The notes below the pieces were generated by a model that was not told the origin of the DNA, did no database searches, and was given only the letters and a program-made list of their open reading frames with translations. From the human T2T-CHM13v2.0 reference genome, Homo sapiens: 64,000 bases of DNA. The stretch is taken from NCBI RefSeq assembly GCF_009914755.1, contig NC_060928.1; one strand, written 5' to 3'. Shown here piece by piece: positions 60,220 through 64,000 of this stretch; position 1 is the first letter of the stretch; each line of letters begins with the position of its first letter. The translations under genes and the position numbers were made by a program.

Positions 60220-61270
60220 TGATAGCGAGTTTATCAATTTCATTAATCTTTTCAAAAATATCAACTCCAGGCTTTGTTAATTTTCTCTACTGTAAATTTT
60301 TTACCTCATTGATTTCTCCTCTCATCTTTCATTTCTCTGCCTTTTTTAAATGTTCAATATGCTGTTCTTTTTTTAATTCTGGAGATAAGCTTAGATTATT
60401 GATTTTTAGCCTTCTTATCTAATTTATCCATTGAAGACTATTAAGTATCACTTTATCCTCTTCCTGCAAGTTGTGATATTTGTATTTTCATTATTTACAT
60501 GTTTTCTGATTTCCAGTATTATATCTTCTTTAACACATGGGTTATTTAGAAGCATATTCATTAGTTTTCAAACAAATGGAGATTTTTTCACTTTCCTCCC
60601 TTAATTCCACTGTGGTCGGAAAACATACTCTATGATTTGAGTATTTTATAATTTTTGAGATCTATTCTGTGGTACAGCATGTTATCTATTCTAGTACATG
60701 CTCCATGGGCAAAGGTGTATTCTGTAGTTTTGGGTTGTAGTTTTGTCTGTGTCAGTTAGGTGAGGTTTAATTAAATCTTCTGTACTGATTTTTGTTTATT
60801 TGTTTTTGTGTTTGTTTGGTCCGCTTGTTCTATCAGTTACTAAGAGAGCTTTGTTAAAGTCTCTCATTGTGATTGTAAATGTATTTTTTTATTTGTAGTT
60901 CTACCAATTTTTGGTTTATATATTTTGAGGTTGTATTAGGTATGTACAAATTTAGGATTGTCATATCTCTCCATTGAATTGATCCTTTTGTCATTATATA
61001 ATGTCTGTCTTTACTGCTTGCCTTAAAGCGTACTGTGTTGAATATTAGAATAGCAATATCAGCTTTCTTTTGGTCAGTGTTTGCATGTTATTTCTTTGTC
61101 TCTCCTTTTATTTTTAACATTCCCTTTTCCTTATATTTAATGTGTTTCTTTTTTCTAGTAAGCATATAGCTGATTTTTTTCCCTGTTTTATTTATAAGAC
61201 AGTTGATAATCTTTATCCTTTTAATGGGACTATTTAACTTATTTGCATATTATTTATTGATCTATTTGGG
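60220..61270 (-). mobile_element. Old L1M ORF2-region fragment
   Basis: ttaattccactgtggtcggaaaacatactc; ttgatccttttgtcattatataatgtc; gctttcttttgg...gtttgcatg. Confidence 0.75.
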
Positions 61271-62541
61271 TATTAGTAATTAGTGGTTAAATCCTTAAAA
61301 CTTTGTTTTCAGAATATGGCAGCTTTTTAGGGCATTAACTCATATGCTTTCTTTAAAAAAAAAATGCTGTCCTCTCAGTAGGGAGGTGTCATGCTGAGCC
61401 ATGTTGTCCACCATTTGAAAGCAGCTATTTAGACTGTTAGAAGACACTGAGAGTGCCAGGATGCAGCTAGCTGGGAGCACCTGCTGACACAATTTTGCAT
61501 TTAGCTGAACTTGCTAAAGCAGCCTTCCTTTTCTCTGTTGGTCTCTACTTGGGGTTTATGCTGTGAAGTTGCTGACTCTTTTAAAGAAATGAAATAAGGC
61601 GAACAGTGTCCTGACCTGAGTGTGAAAGTTTTTTGGCAGATGAGTTGAGCCACGTGCATGAAGATGACCCTTGGTGGGATGGCTCATCTGGGCTCTTGTG
61701 CAATTTGTTAAGTCAAAGATTTTCAGAGTAAATAGTTCCTCTGCTCATCCTCATTGTGGTAACACTAAATAGCAAACATTTCTTTGTTGCTGGGATTTCT
61801 ACTTTCTATAATTCAATGTGAACAATCTTTACTGTAAGGCATACATTATTTACCCACATAAATGTCTTTCTTAGAATTCTATGCCATCTCTATACATGAC
61901 TTGTATGTTGCTTTTTCCCATTGGATTTTAAAGCAGATCTGCTTTTATTTTGTTTTTTATATTGGAGTTCACCTAGGACTGTCTTTGAACAAAGTCCACG
62001 GCACCTGTATCACTGGTAAGGGGCTTCAGTGCTAGGCTCAGGACTTTTGTGTTCTGACTCTGAATATTCATAACTCCCTGGAGATATTTTTCAACAAAAT
62101 ACCTTTCATCATCTGAAGTTTCTTGGAAGTTAAAAATTTCAATTATATTTTCATGCCCTCTTTTTGGTTTGTCCTATGTTCACCAGGCTCCTTTCCTTAC
62201 AGAATAGTTTTTGTGTCTCATTCAATCTCAAGATTTGCCATTTATCCCCACCTTTAACTTTGGTTGCCCTTTCAAGAGCTTTTGTAGAACTTAGATCTGC
62301 ACCCCTTCAATTGACTTACATTGCTCTTGTGTTTTGTGTTTGTGCATTCTTTCTCCCTCTCTGCTGTAACCCTTGACACTAACATTGCACATTAAAGTGA
62401 GCTATTATCAAGAGCTATTTTAATTCTGTAAAGATTCCTACTCTACACTTAAAGGAATGGTTTGTTTTAAATTGGAGGTATGTGCTTCACTTATCCCTAT
62501 TAAAATAACACGAACTTGTCTTCTTTGCCTTTTATCATTAG

Positions 62542-62671
62542 GGGCCCAAATCCCAGCAAAGTGCTACAGCAGTTGTTGGTGCTTCAACCTGAACAGCAGT
62601 TAAATATATATAAAACCCTGAAGACTCATCTCATTGAGAAAGGAATCCTACAACCCACCTTGAAGGTATAA
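62542..62671 (+). CDS. CDS1: CDS1 exon 13 coding part (130 nt): GPNPSKVLQQLLVLQPEQQLNIYKTLKTHLIEKGILQPTLKV*
   Basis: atcattag|GGGCCC ... GTA TAA; stop at 62669-62671. Confidence 0.96.
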
Positions 62672-64000
62672 CTGGATCCAGAGAGGGAAGGACTGACAAG
62701 AAGGAATTATTCAGAAAAACACTGACAGATGTTTTATAAATTGTACAGAAAAATAGTTAAAAATGCAATAGGTTGAAGTTTTGGAGATATGTTTCTCTCT
62801 GAAATTACTGTGAATATTTAACAAACACTTACTTGATCTATGTTATGAAATAAGTAGCAAATTGCCAGCAAAATGTCTTGTACCTTTTCTAAAGTGTATT
62901 TTCTGATGTGAACTTCCTTCCCCTTACTTGCTAGGTTTCATAATTTAAAAGACTGGTATTTAAAAGAGTCAAACACTATAAAATGAGTAAGTTGACGATG
63001 TTTTAAGATTGCACCTGGCAGTGTGCCTTTTTGCACAAATATTTACTTTTGCACTTGGAGCTGCTTTTAATTTTAGCAAAATGTTTTATGCAAGGCACAA
63101 TAGGAAGTCAGTTCTCCTGCACTTCCTCCTCATGTAGTCTGGAGTACTTTCTAAAGGGCTTAGTTGGATTTAAAAAAAAAAAAAAAAGATTGTCTACTTT
63201 TCAAAGAAGTAACCATTTGCCAGGGGAAAACATTCTGCTTTTAGGTAGTTTCAAAATTCAGGGGAGGGAGCCTGAAATTTTTGCCATGATTGGTTTGTTA
63301 GAAAGAGCAGGCATCAGACTACTTCTGATAAAATTGTTTGGAAGGTCACGACCTCGCAAAAACTTTTCAAGAGCAACAAGGAAGAATTCTGCTGTGAAGA
63401 ACACAGTGTACGGATCCTCCGCATATTATCTCAACAGAGGACAGTAGCTCAGGAGGCAGCTTCAAACGGTGACCTGTGGCCTGGGCCATCTCTTCGTCAT
63501 GTGCTTCACTTTTCCCTGTTTCCCTGTGAACTGGCTTCCATGGTTCTGTAGGGTAGTGAGTCGGGGTTGTGGCTGCAGCAGAGCAGGAGATGCTTGCCCG
63601 AGTGGGAGCAACCCACCCCCGTGTCCCCAATGCCTCACTCCTGGCTTCTAGTGCAGCCCTTTGTAGACTCACCTCGCAAGAAGGAAGATCTGCCTGGAGA
63701 CCTGATCCCAGTCCAGCTTTTTGACCATAGGTCATCTTTGTCCCCTTGCTCCTTTGCATCATGTCATAAAATTTGAGGATATCAGCTGATTATTTTTTCT
63801 TCCAAGAATGAAAATCAAGCAGAATTGATTCCTACACGAAAAAAAAGCACACGAATGCCAAACCTTTCCTTTGGTGGACTGGACACTAACCAGATGAGAG
63901 TAAATTTCTTATCCGTGGACGTATGTAAGCTACTGCTGCTGTGTGCTCTCCACAGCCATATTTATTGTATTAAACAATCAGCACTAAACCTTCAAAAATT
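62672..64000 (+). other. CDS1: CDS1 3' UTR (partial)
   Basis: Sequence after the stop codon with no recognisable interspersed repeat; several miRNA seed matches; ATTAAA at 63969-63974. Confidence 0.85.

Noticed and set aside
62662-62671. Donor-like AAG|GTATAA at the stop codon
   Set aside because: Lacks +5 G and has no supported downstream acceptor; the frame already ends at the expected C-terminus
63031-63776. ORFs in the 3' UTR on both strands
   Set aside because: No recognisable homology; the longest runs through an A-tract; consistent with chance

Overview
Primate, almost certainly human, genomic DNA. It carries coding exons 2-13 and the first ~1.3 kb of the 3' UTR of CDS1 (CDP-diacylglycerol synthase 1 / phosphatidate cytidylyltransferase 1) on the + strand. 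I traced 12 GT-AG exons (128, 97, 98, 140, 59, 83, 88, 69, 153, 120, 104 and 130 nt) that splice into one 1269-nt open frame ending ...PTLKV-TAA. Exon 1 lies upstream of the window. The introns are dense in Alus, ERV1/MaLR LTRs, L1/L2/MIR fragments and DNA-transposon MITEs; subfamily names are from memory of consensus sequences, not from a RepeatMasker run. Only two of the supplied ORFs overlap real exons in frame, and I see no support for a new protein-coding system. The best second-look items are: a near-perfect 32-bp pre-miRNA-like hairpin (26068-26140); an apparent L1-mediated retrocopy of a polyadenylated MLT1F LTR transcript (37660-37981); an inverted AluY pair sharing two non-consensus variants just upstream of exon 3; and a cluster of unstable repeats in and around exon 8.
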